Virus record (IMG/VR): IMGVR_UViG_3300005527_003200
Origin: a virus
Taxonomy: Duplodnaviria > Heunggongvirae > Uroviricota > Caudoviricetes
Direction: 5' to 3' (one strand)
DNA: 45,033 bases
The notes beneath the pieces were generated by a model. It was not told the DNA's origin, made no database searches, and was given only the letters and a program-made list of their open reading frames with translations. Position 1 is the first letter of the stretch. Each line of letters begins with the position of its first letter. Below, piece after piece: positions 35,740 through 44,001 of this stretch. Both the position numbers and the translations under genes were made by a program.

Positions 35740-36407
35740 TATTGTTCCCTCTTTGTTGGCATTAATCGATAACCTAGACCTTTGACAAATTCCCATGACA
35801 TTGAGTCTGCTTCAAAGTCTTCTCGCATGGCTGTGCCACCATGCAGTTTGCAAAAACTATATTCTGTTGCGTAAAAATTCATTCCAGTAAAATAACTTAT
35901 GTTTGCTAATCTTTCAAGCCCCAGGCCATGATTGTGAGTACACATCTGCCAACTGTGCCCGGCCACTATCCAATGTCTACAAGGCTCCGGTAACAAGGAA
36001 GTGTGATGTAAAAAATCAACATCATTGTTAAAAAAAATACTTTGTTCGTTGTCTAACAAATATCGTTGCACAAGATGTGATGTTTGCTCATGTTGTCCTG
36101 AACTTTTTAAGATATTTAATGCAACCCAAAGATCTGCGTCTGTTGGTGTTTCTGTTGGATTGTTTCGTAGATCATTATTGTAAGTCCAACAGTACCGCTG
36201 AAAAGTGTTACGCAGACTCCGATCGTTCCAGTCAAATCGATTGTGTGTTAGGCTGTTGACTATACATTTGAAATTGTATTCTCGCAACTGATGTATGAGA
36301 TTTGCATAAAAATAGTCTTTAAAAAATTGCCCGCCTGCAGGCTCCCAACAATCCAACAAGATCAATCCATCTACAGTTGGTATTGTGTTGGTTTTTGAAA
36401 CTATCAT
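35739..36407 (-). CDS. Hypothetical protein
   Basis: 222-aa ORF, ATGA-coupled to infA. Confidence 0.72.
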   Translation of the reverse strand: MIVSKTNTIPTVDGLILLDCWEPAGGQFFKDYFYANLIHQLREYNFKCIVNSLTHNRFDWNDRSLRNTFQRYCWTYNNDLRNNPTETPTDADLWVALNILKSSGQHEQTSHLVQRYLLDNEQSIFFNNDVDFLHHTSLLPEPCRHWIVAGHSWQMCTHNHGLGLERLANISYFTGMNFYATEYSFCKLHGGTAMREDFEADSMSWEFVKGLGYRLMPTKREQ

Positions 36408-36625
36408 TTGCGTCTTGTGATACGACCTCGTGATAGATCGTATGGGCTGAATACAATTTCTACTCGATCGCCAAGAAGAACTTTGATGTTGTTGGTCCGC
36501 ATACGCCCTGACAGGTATCCAATCACCACATTATCTATGCTATCTAATCTGATGCGAAACATAGCGGCAGGCAAAATCTCCTCTACTGTTCCTTCCATAC
36601 TGATTGTTTCTTCTTGTTTGGCCAT
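36404..36625 (-). CDS. infA: Translation initiation factor IF-1
   Basis: ISMEGTVEEILPAAMFRIRL...SGRMRTNNIKVLLGDRVEIVFSPYDLSRGRITRR. Confidence 0.95.
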   Translation of the reverse strand: MAKQEETISMEGTVEEILPAAMFRIRLDSIDNVVIGYLSGRMRTNNIKVLLGDRVEIVFSPYDLSRGRITRRK

Positions 36626-36637
36626 ATAAGTGTTTAC

Positions 36638-37024
36638 TTATTCGAATTTCAATTCCGCAGTGATCTTCTTCAGTCGATCAAAACGGAAACTGCGCCATTC
36701 TTGTTTTTCTAGGTCAAACACACGAAGGCTATGTGGATCAGGTTCCTTGCGCGGTTTTTTGCTTTCTTTAACAATACCATCCACTGGTAATACTGGAGTT
36801 ATTGCAGCTGAGGGAATGAAATCCCAGTTGAGTGTGCAAAGCATTTCGCGATCGGTGCCATCTGCTTTGACAAAGGTCACTTTGATGGTACTTTTTTGTA
36901 GCAGGCTCTTGATCCAATCACGGATGATGGCCTTGTTGACATCATCTGCCTCTTGATATTGTGTGCCTGGCGCTCCCTTGAGCAGTCGCACCACTTCTTG
37001 TTTTTCCCATGTAGCCATATCCAT
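36638..37024 (-). CDS. WYL_2-like SH3 beta-barrel protein
   Basis: VTFVKADGTDREMLCTL...VFDLEKQEWRSFRFDRL; start 37024 (GAGGAG RBS) or 37066. Confidence 0.72.
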   Translation of the reverse strand: MDMATWEKQEVVRLLKGAPGTQYQEADDVNKAIIRDWIKSLLQKSTIKVTFVKADGTDREMLCTLNWDFIPSAAITPVLPVDGIVKESKKPRKEPDPHSLRVFDLEKQEWRSFRFDRLKKITAELKFE

Positions 37025-37062
37025 TTGGAGTTCTCCTCTATAAGTTAATTGACGTTTTTTCT

Positions 37063-38223
37063 TCATGCTAAAAATTTTGTCAATGCCAGCACCACATTGG
37101 TACCACCAAATGCAAAGCTGTTGTTCAAACACACATCTTGTTCATGCTCAACAACCTCAGTTGGTAGGTACACACCTTCAGGAATTGCAGGATCAGGATC
37201 AGTTAGATTCCAATTGGGAATAATTTGATTTGTTTTTAGCACAGCCAAACAAGCCAGCAGTTCCATGGCTCCAGAGTTGCCCAACAAGTGCCCGTGCAGT
37301 GCCTTGGTTGAACTGATGGGAACGCCACTGCCAAATACTTTTTGTATACTACTTAATTCAACCAAGTCTCCAACAGGTGTGCCTGTGCCATGTGCGTTGA
37401 TATAGGTCACACGACTTGGATCAATACCATTCAGTGCAGATTGCATGGCAGAGATCTGACCTTGTTCACTGGGCTTGGTTAGAGTTTCGCTGCCACAACT
37501 GATACCATATCCCACAATTTCTGCATGTATCACAGCATTTCGAACCAGCGCATGATCCAAACTTTCTAGAACATAAACAACACTGCCTTCGCCCAAGATG
37601 ATGCCATCTCGTGTGGCACTGAATGGTGCAGACTTTGTGCCCATGGCCCGCATGGCCCGCCATTGGTCCACTAAAATGGGACTGAGGCAAAATTCGGCGC
37701 CGCCGGCTGCCATAACGCTGACCTCGCCATGTTTGATGGCTTTGTATGCTTCTCCAATAGACACACTGCTGGAAGCACATGCCGCTGTGTGTGTGAACAC
37801 AGGACCTGTGATGTTGTCTTTTGACGCAATAAAACTGGCTGCGCCACTGCTCATTGATGATACCAAACTGTTTGGACGCACTCGACCTTTATCCTGGAAT
37901 TCAAGAATGGTGTTGTTCACTTCGTAGGCAGCACCTGCGCCTGTACCAATGTAAACACCATCCACACTGGTTTTTGCATCTGCTTTTGCTTGTTGGTATG
38001 CCAGCATGGTGGCGCGAGCAAACAAACTTGTGGCCGCAGTATCATAACGATCAAATTGATCATTGATGTTGCTGTGTCCTAATCCAACCTTGGCAGTGTT
38101 GGCCTGGAGAGTTTCACTAAAAATGATGCCTGATGTTCCTGCATACATGGCAGCAACAACTTGATCATAACTATTGCCCAATGGAGTAATGCAACCCACT
38201 CCTGTAATAACTACTCTATTCAT
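37063..38223 (-). CDS. fabF: Beta-ketoacyl-ACP synthase (FabF/NodE-like type II KS)
   Basis: RVVITGVG, TAACASS (Cys), YINAHGTGT (His), STKALHGHLLG (Lys/His), NSFAFGGTN. Confidence 0.93.
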   Translation of the reverse strand: MNRVVITGVGCITPLGNSYDQVVAAMYAGTSGIIFSETLQANTAKVGLGHSNINDQFDRYDTAATSLFARATMLAYQQAKADAKTSVDGVYIGTGAGAAYEVNNTILEFQDKGRVRPNSLVSSMSSGAASFIASKDNITGPVFTHTAACASSSVSIGEAYKAIKHGEVSVMAAGGAEFCLSPILVDQWRAMRAMGTKSAPFSATRDGIILGEGSVVYVLESLDHALVRNAVIHAEIVGYGISCGSETLTKPSEQGQISAMQSALNGIDPSRVTYINAHGTGTPVGDLVELSSIQKVFGSGVPISSTKALHGHLLGNSGAMELLACLAVLKTNQIIPNWNLTDPDPAIPEGVYLPTEVVEHEQDVCLNNSFAFGGTNVVLALTKFLA

Positions 38224-38969
38224 GTTTTGATCAGTCGAATAAATTGTGCCGCATAGTCAACTTCCCACCACTGCTCACGTTGATTCCACCGTTGTGGATT
38301 GGCATGATGATTGTTGTGCCATTCTCCAATGACTAGGGCTAGATAGCTATTTGAACTGGTATCCTTTGTGGCATGATTCTGATAGGTGGTCAAACCGTGA
38401 GTGTGACACACGGTGTTCACAAAACCCATGGCCAACAATGCTCCTGCATTAGCAATACTATAGCACAAAAACAATACGGGGTCAATGGCCAATAGCACCA
38501 ATGCAAACGTCAAAACAATCAATGCGTAATAATTGTGAGTGAACTTCATCCAAGGATCTCTTAGATCTCTAATGCCATCCCACATGCTGAGATTGGACAA
38601 GTTCCAATTGAACAGTATCACATTGAGAATTCCAATGTCTGGAGCATGTGGATCTTGTGCAGTGTCTGTGTGTACATGATGGGCTCGGTGGATGATGGAA
38701 TAACCAACTGGTGACCCAAAACAGGCCAAACAAGAACTCACACACAAAAATGCATGCCAAAACGGAGTGACTGTGTAACTGCGGTGTGAGAAGTATCTAT
38801 GCAATCCTGCATGGTGTGAGATGAACAACAAAAAACTGTAAAAGAACACAAGGTATATTGCGTACCACCAATGCCATTGATATACCAATACTGGTATGCC
38901 CAGCATCGCAACAATCAATTGAACTGAGAGAACCTGTTTGGTTCTGTCAGGATCACCTTGCCAAATCAT
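38220..38969 (-). CDS. Membrane fatty-acid desaturase (delta9/DesC-OLE1-like)
   Basis: Three His boxes HRYFSH, HRAHH, HNNHH, with TM segments. Confidence 0.92.
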   Translation of the reverse strand: MIWQGDPDRTKQVLSVQLIVAMLGIPVLVYQWHWWYAIYLVFFYSFLLFISHHAGLHRYFSHRSYTVTPFWHAFLCVSSCLACFGSPVGYSIIHRAHHVHTDTAQDPHAPDIGILNVILFNWNLSNLSMWDGIRDLRDPWMKFTHNYYALIVLTFALVLLAIDPVLFLCYSIANAGALLAMGFVNTVCHTHGLTTYQNHATKDTSSNSYLALVIGEWHNNHHANPQRWNQREQWWEVDYAAQFIRLIKT

Positions 38970-39244
38970 TTTTTAACACGATTGACCGGATCGTTCACAG
39001 CTTCGGTCAAACTGTCAATGATTTCTGCCAAGTTAGCTGGCTGACTCATGTCAGCAGAGTTTACTTTGATGCCAAGTTCATCTTCAACATCAAATATCAT
39101 TTCAATCACAGACAGTGAATCAATCTTGGGATTGATATTTTGCAAGTCTGCAAGAGGTGCATCCTCTGCAAAGTTGTCAATGTCTAGATCGTACTGTTTT
39201 TTGCAAATCCTCAAAATAACTGTTTTGACTTCGTCGCGTGTCAT
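38966..39244 (-). CDS. acpP: Acyl carrier protein
   Basis: Acidic 92 aa, IDSLSVIEMIFDVEDELGI (DSL phosphopantetheine Ser). Confidence 0.9.
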   Translation of the reverse strand: MTRDEVKTVILRICKKQYDLDIDNFAEDAPLADLQNINPKIDSLSVIEMIFDVEDELGIKVNSADMSQPANLAEIIDSLTEAVNDPVNRVKK

Positions 39245-39263
39245 GTTTTACCTTTCTATAATT

Positions 39264-39530
39264 TCATGCAAATTTTAACAAAAATACAAGATACTTTTTC
39301 TCATCCACAATCTCAACTTCTCGACTGTATCCATTCATGTGAGTGTCCGATGGCAACAACCGGATGCCGTATGTGTCCCGGAACCATGCTATTGTATCCA
39401 TATCAGTTTTACAATGCGTTCTGCCTTCTTCTGACTGTCGACACTTTTGCATTCGTACCCAAAAGCCAGCATCACCTAGAATGGTGTCTAGTCTTTTTTC
39501 CGGCGTTGAATACAAGTCGTTGTTAGCCAC
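39264..39530 (-). CDS. Phage hypothetical protein
   Basis: 88-aa ORF in the operon flow, ends KKYLVFLLKFA. Confidence 0.7.
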   Translation of the reverse strand: MANNDLYSTPEKRLDTILGDAGFWVRMQKCRQSEEGRTHCKTDMDTIAWFRDTYGIRLLPSDTHMNGYSREVEIVDEKKYLVFLLKFA

Positions 39531-39921
39531 GGCGCATGGTTGCTATATCATGTGCTTCTTCATTTGAGAAGATGGGCACAGCATTGGACTTGTGCATGGT
39601 ACCCACACCAATCATCTTGGTGCCAGTGTACTGCGGAATTGCCTTGCTGGACACAGGGCCCAACACAGAGTCAGCACGACTAGGAATGTTGTGTCCTGTG
39701 GGACGGCCTATAGGTGTGCTCAATTTGTAGTCCAGTGCAGGTGCTTTCATGGCACGAGTGCGGCGCTTTTGGTCAGCATCCACTTCCCACTTCTTTTGCA
39801 GTTCTTTCCACGAAGCATCAAGCTCGCGGGCTTTTTTTGCTTCCTCGGCGTTGCGAAACTTGACTTTGCCTTTGCGCTTGCCGCCAAGACTGAGACTGGG
39901 GTGGTGGAGGTGCATGCTCAT
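39523..39921 (-). CDS. Conserved T4-like phage hypothetical protein
   Basis: YTGTKMIGVGTMHKSNAVPIF motif. Confidence 0.75.
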   Translation of the reverse strand: MSMHLHHPSLSLGGKRKGKVKFRNAEEAKKARELDASWKELQKKWEVDADQKRRTRAMKAPALDYKLSTPIGRPTGHNIPSRADSVLGPVSSKAIPQYTGTKMIGVGTMHKSNAVPIFSNEEAHDIATMRRG

Positions 39922-40070
39922 GGTAGGTCTTTCAAAGGTCGCTCAGGGCGGGTGGTACAAAATTCACAGGTGGGATCGTCACACTTGGAGTCAATCCATT
40001 CATTGATCACTGGATTGTAGTAAGCGTCATGCTCCGCAGAATATGCAGTGTCTTTTTCATCATTGATCAT
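39918..40070 (-). CDS. 50-aa Cys-motif protein
   Basis: MINDEKDTAYSAEHDAYYNPVINEWIDSKCDDPTCEFCTTRPERPLKDLP*; ATGA overlaps at both ends. Not in the ORF track. Confidence 0.75.
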   Translation of the reverse strand: MINDEKDTAYSAEHDAYYNPVINEWIDSKCDDPTCEFCTTRPERPLKDLP

Positions 40071-40249
40071 TTGCTTCTGGCCTTTCTACATGCTTCGCGC
40101 ATGGCAGTTGAAAAATCAGGGCTGATTTCGCTCCAAGTGCAGTCAATCCTGCGTTCACTTGATTGCAAGGAATTACTCCACACAATAAAAACAAACATCA
40201 AAATGGCCAGAGCAACCACAGCCAGCATTATCAATGTGTCACGTATCAT
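40067..40249 (-). CDS. Small membrane-anchored protein
   Basis: N-terminal TM helix; ATGA coupling. Confidence 0.7.
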   Translation of the reverse strand: MIRDTLIMLAVVALAILMFVFIVWSNSLQSSERRIDCTWSEISPDFSTAMREACRKARSK

Positions 40250-40476
40250 TTGCGTAGGAGTTCCATGGTGTACTCAACATCTCGCATGTGAGCAACAGGC
40301 TTGAGCCAGCCGTTGTTGATGCATTCTGCAATGACTTGTTTATATTGTGCAGGACAATGATTACTAACTTCAAATCCAGCCCTAGGCACTACTCGAATGC
40401 CATCGGGCGAGAATGTGAAATCTGAATCATTTTGACGCAGTGTTTTGTGGGGGCGGCTTGCAGAAATCTTAATCAT
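40246..40476 (-). CDS. Phage hypothetical protein
   Basis: ATG lies 6 nt after a -10 box. Confidence 0.72.
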   Translation of the reverse strand: MIKISASRPHKTLRQNDSDFTFSPDGIRVVPRAGFEVSNHCPAQYKQVIAECINNGWLKPVAHMRDVEYTMELLRK

Positions 40477-40482
40477 GCATGC

Positions 40483-40511
40483 AGTATAGCATATCCTGAT
40501 TTATTGGTCAA
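40483..40511 (-). promoter_or_regulatory. sigma70 promoter; -10 flanked by ATGC/GCAT
   Basis: TTGACC(40511-40506)-N17-TATACT(40488-40483). Confidence 0.72.
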
Positions 40512-40826
40512 TTACTTAAAAAGTATTAAGGCCATCAAAACCGCTTGCACAATGAATCCTGCACCCACTGTGATGATGTTGAGCATGTCTTTGAGCACCA
40601 CTGCCCGTAAGAACAGCAGGACCAGGCCGGCCCACATAAACAGCACAATGTCCAAACTGGGTGTGCGATCACTAAGTCCGGTCATCAGCGCCAAAAGTGT
40701 GGGAATGGTTGCGGCATGAATCACAATGGCCGCTAGCCAACCTAGTGTTTCTGCGGAGATTTTTGGCAAGTGATCTTTCAGCCAAAGTTGCAGGATTTCG
40801 GCTGTGTGTTGCAAGTCAAATTTCAT
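40512..40826 (-). CDS. Three-TM membrane protein
   Basis: Three hydrophobic segments. Confidence 0.75.
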   Translation of the reverse strand: MKFDLQHTAEILQLWLKDHLPKISAETLGWLAAIVIHAATIPTLLALMTGLSDRTPSLDIVLFMWAGLVLLFLRAVVLKDMLNIITVGAGFIVQAVLMALILFK

Positions 40827-41431
40827 CGTTTATCTCCGTAAAAAATGTGTCGGCCAATCTTTTCAATACGCGGTTTGCCCCAGTTGGGATTCACATAGTC
40901 TGCATGATAATATAGGGCGTTTTTCAAGCCAGGCAATCGGAAGTTTTCCAACAGCACCTTCTTGGCCACTTCTTCGCTTTCGCGCCACAGTGGAGTATAA
41001 ACTGCTCGTGTTTTGTGATTGGTTTCGCAGTACCAGGAGAACTGGCATACTACCTTTTCATAAAACACATTTTTTTGATAAACCACGCCACACACGGAAT
41101 CAGGAAAACGTCCAGATTCCACACGGTTCATTGTGACTTGAGCCACTGCCACTTTGCCTTCAAAAGGCTCTGAGGCTGCTTCCCAGTAGATGTTACGGGT
41201 AAGGCAGTCCAGTTGTCGAGTGCGCTCGGCAGCAGACACATAGCCTGCTGGTAGATTTCCTGTTTGTTCGCGCAAGGCATCCAGTCGGCTTTGACACACT
41301 GCAATCACAGTGGCAACGACCAACCAGAAGCCTAGGGCTTTCAGGATGCGTGAGCTCCATGTGGCCCACCTGTTGAGAGAGATAGTTTTTTCTTTCATGG
41401 TAGTTTTACTTACTGGAATGGTTGCTATCAC
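40823..41431 (-). CDS. Cell-wall hydrolase, SleB/Hydrolase_2 family, N-terminally membrane-anchored
   Basis: CLTRNIYWEA, GKVAVAQVTMNRV, VCGVVYQ, QFSW, ALYYHADYVNPNW, IGRHIFY. Confidence 0.9.
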   Translation of the reverse strand: MIATIPVSKTTMKEKTISLNRWATWSSRILKALGFWLVVATVIAVCQSRLDALREQTGNLPAGYVSAAERTRQLDCLTRNIYWEAASEPFEGKVAVAQVTMNRVESGRFPDSVCGVVYQKNVFYEKVVCQFSWYCETNHKTRAVYTPLWRESEEVAKKVLLENFRLPGLKNALYYHADYVNPNWGKPRIEKIGRHIFYGDKR

Positions 41432-41454
41432 CGGAATTACCGGGCCAAAATGGT

Positions 41455-41474
41455 GCCGTTTTTAAACAAACGGC
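41455..41474 (-). terminator. Hairpin after nadE (weak terminator or processing site)
   Basis: gccgttt-N6-aaacggc 7-bp stem, short U tract. Confidence 0.4.
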
Positions 41475-41485
41475 GCAGTTAACTA

Positions 41486-42298
41486 TCAAAACTTGCAGAC
41501 CGGTATTGGCAGCATCTTGTGCATGTTTCTAGCACGAATGTCTTGGTACCGCTTGAGTTTTTTTCTATCATCTGCTGACAATTTGGCGCTGCCAGGCATG
41601 TCGGAGTCCACAGCCTTGCATCGTTGCAAAAAGTCCAAGGCCATCATGCGCTCAAGATCTGGGTAGCTCATGCCCAGTTGACCTTCGTCTGTGCGCCCAT
41701 CATCCCACAAGCCGTCGGTGGGTGCGGCATCAATGATTTCTTGTGGCAGCCCAAACTCTCTACCCATATCCCATACTTCTGTTTTCATGCAGTCGCCGAT
41801 GGGGCTGATATCCACACCACCATCACCATACTTGGTAAAGAAGCCCACACCAAAGTCTTCCACTCGGTTGCCGGTGCCTACTACAATACCACCATGGCAT
41901 TGTGCAATTTGGTACAAGGTCATCATACGCAATCTAGCACGTGAGTTGGCAAAAGCCAGTTCAACTTGTGATGCATTTTCTGCATCACAAAATGGCACAG
42001 TTTTCTTTTCAAACGCAGAGAACACAGACGTCAAATCCATGCTCATGTGTGTGACGTTTTTGTAGCGTTCCATCAACCAGGTAGCCTGCATTGAACTGCG
42101 ATTGTCCAGCTTCTTGTTTTGGCGGATGGGCATTTGCACCACAATGGTTGTGAGTCCTGTTTCGGCGCATAATGCACTCACAACAGATGAGTCAATCCCA
42201 CCTGAGATCCCTACAACTAGTGTAGAGATCTTGTTTTTTGTTGCGTATTGTCGGATCCATTTTACAATGTGCTTGATACGTTGCTTTGGTGTTACCAT
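41486..42298 (-). CDS. nadE: NH3-dependent NAD+ synthetase
   Basis: VVGISGGIDS, ARLRM, GTGN, FFTKYGDGGVDISPIGD, APTDGLW; no glutaminase domain; likely start MVTPKQ at 42298. Confidence 0.95.
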   Translation of the reverse strand: MVTPKQRIKHIVKWIRQYATKNKISTLVVGISGGIDSSVVSALCAETGLTTIVVQMPIRQNKKLDNRSSMQATWLMERYKNVTHMSMDLTSVFSAFEKKTVPFCDAENASQVELAFANSRARLRMMTLYQIAQCHGGIVVGTGNRVEDFGVGFFTKYGDGGVDISPIGDCMKTEVWDMGREFGLPQEIIDAAPTDGLWDDGRTDEGQLGMSYPDLERMMALDFLQRCKAVDSDMPGSAKLSADDRKKLKRYQDIRARNMHKMLPIPVCKF

Positions 42299-42828
42299 TT
42301 GACCTCCGGCTTGGGCATTGCTTTTAGTTTGTTCCATACTTCTGCTTTTTCCTTGCATTTCTTTTCCAGCTTGCGATAGCGTTCTCCCAGTCGGCGCAGA
42401 TCATCCCACTCTCGTTCCAGTTCAGGATTTGGTGTGAGAATGTTCAGGCGTTCTTCAACCTTTTCCATCCAGTCTTTAAGACTCTTGCCATTGATGTCAA
42501 GATCAGCTTTGTCCCCTCTAAGACTCATCTTGCCACCTTGTTCAATCGTAGATCCTACTGCACTGTAATTTGCACCAATTGTAAAACTGCCTGTGGTTGT
42601 GTTGTTTGTGGTCCAAACAGTGTTGGAGCCAGTGGCACCGTTGAGTCCACCAATGGTGTATCCGCCAGTGATGTTGGTGGTATCACTTATGATTACAGTT
42701 GGCATGGTATTTGCATCAAATGCACTTACCAATGGGGGAATAGCACCGTAAGAAGGGTCGGTTGTTAGGTCGTTATATTCGTATTCTTTGAGGTTGAGGT
42801 TTACCCAGTCGTTTTTATAAGTTGCCAT
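42292..42828 (-). CDS. Phage hypothetical protein (T/G-rich middle, C-terminal coiled coil)
   Basis: GDKADLDINGKSL...ERLNIL.PNPELE..W. Confidence 0.72.
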   Translation of the reverse strand: MATYKNDWVNLNLKEYEYNDLTTDPSYGAIPPLVSAFDANTMPTVIISDTTNITGGYTIGGLNGATGSNTVWTTNNTTTGSFTIGANYSAVGSTIEQGGKMSLRGDKADLDINGKSLKDWMEKVEERLNILTPNPELEREWDDLRRLGERYRKLEKKCKEKAEVWNKLKAMPKPEVKW

Positions 42829-42965
42829 GTTCCGTCTTTGTTGTCAATCCACTGAACGGTGTCGCCTACGGCCCAGCCTAGTTCGGCGCACAATTCAGTG
42901 CCAAGATCCAACAACAGTTCTTCAGGGTTGTTGGGATCCTCAATTACCTGTACAGTCCTAGTCAT
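42801..42965 (-). CDS. 54-aa AbrB/SpoVT/MazE-like DNA-binding protein
   Basis: MTRTVQVIEDPNNPEELLLDLGTELCAELGWAVGDTVQWIDNKDGTWQLIKTTG*; LGWxxGDxxxW swapped-hairpin pattern. Not in the ORF track. Confidence 0.7.
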   Translation of the reverse strand: MTRTVQVIEDPNNPEELLLDLGTELCAELGWAVGDTVQWIDNKDGTWQLIKTTG

Positions 42966-43653
42966 CATTTTTGATGCCAAACAGTTGCAGTAGGTTCACA
43001 AAAATGTTGATGAAGTCCATGTACAATGTGAGCGCACCTAAGATTTCTGCAGGTGTATCTGCGTCATCTGTGGATACCATTTCACGGATTTGTTGTGTGT
43101 CGTAGGCTGTGAGGCCCAGGAATATAATGATCGCAATGGCAGAGATAACCATGGTCATCACTGAACTGCCAATAAAGATGTTCACAATACTTGCAATGAT
43201 TATGGCAACAAGTCCTATGATCAAAAATTGCCCAAAGCTCTCCAAACTGCGTTTGGTAAAGTATCCGTAAAAACTCATGGTAGCAAACAGAATGGCACTT
43301 GAAGCAAACGCCATTACCAAACTACCTGTGGTATAAACATGCACAATGGCGCCCATGCTCAGGCCCATTACACCTGCGAATCCATGCAACAGTCCCACAG
43401 CCACTCGGTGTGGTGGGTTGTTGGCCAGTGCATAACTAACTCCAAATACTGCTACCAAGGGCAAGAACAGCGTGATCCATTTCATCACTCCAGTGAAAAA
43501 GAATGCCATTGCGGCTGGACTGGATGCTACTAATCCAGCTACTACGGCACTGGTCACAATGGCCATGAGCATATGATTGTACACACGCAACATGGCCGAA
43601 TTGACTTCACCTGCTGTTCTGTAAGATGTTTCCTGTATGGTTGCTTCGTACAT
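42958..43653 (-). CDS. yccA: Bax inhibitor-1/YccA family membrane protein
   Basis: MLRVYNHM, about 7 TM, LTAYDTQQI, GALTLYMDFINIFVNLL; start MYEATIQ at 43653 with GAGGAG RBS. Confidence 0.92.
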   Translation of the reverse strand: MYEATIQETSYRTAGEVNSAMLRVYNHMLMAIVTSAVVAGLVASSPAAMAFFFTGVMKWITLFLPLVAVFGVSYALANNPPHRVAVGLLHGFAGVMGLSMGAIVHVYTTGSLVMAFASSAILFATMSFYGYFTKRSLESFGQFLIIGLVAIIIASIVNIFIGSSVMTMVISAIAIIIFLGLTAYDTQQIREMVSTDDADTPAEILGALTLYMDFINIFVNLLQLFGIKNDD

Positions 43654-43795
43654 GATGTTCTCCTCGAAGTTTACTATAATGGTGAGCCCGAGCAAATTTG
43701 TTTTGAATCAATTGCTCGCGTTGCTCTCGGGACATAAACATGGGCCAAGATTCCTCATGTGGTTTATGTAATTGCTGTTCCTTATCCTTGGTCAT
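43607..43795 (-). CDS. Hypothetical protein
   Basis: ATGA-coupled to the histone-like gene; overlaps the yccA start. Confidence 0.45.
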   Translation of the reverse strand: MTKDKEQQLHKPHEESWPMFMSREQREQLIQNKFARAHHYSKLRGEHHVRSNHTGNILQNSR

Positions 43796-43977
43796 TTTGC
43801 GGCTAGTGCTTCTTTCTCAGCGGTAATTTCTTTACGGCGCTCTTTGATGGCTTTGCTCATCTCTTGCAAGGCCTTGCGGGCACGAGCGGCAGCGGCTTTC
43901 ACACCCTTGCCAGTAAATTTTTCGTTCTCTGAAATATAAGTTTCGAAAGCGGTTTTGAGTTGTTCATGATTGGTCAT
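43792..43977 (-). CDS. Histone H1-like (Hc1-type) small basic protein
   Basis: ENEKFTGKGVKAAAARARKALQEMSKAIKERRKEI. Confidence 0.78.
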   Translation of the reverse strand: MTNHEQLKTAFETYISENEKFTGKGVKAAAARARKALQEMSKAIKERRKEITAEKEALAAK

Positions 43978-44001
43978 AGATGTTTCCTTTGTAAAATACT
44001 A

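Noticed and set aside
39592-41136. Plus-strand ORFs 39592-40020, 40029-40304, 40432-40719, 40804-41136
   Set aside because: They overlap a continuous chain of ATGA-coupled minus-strand genes and have no RBS or motifs.
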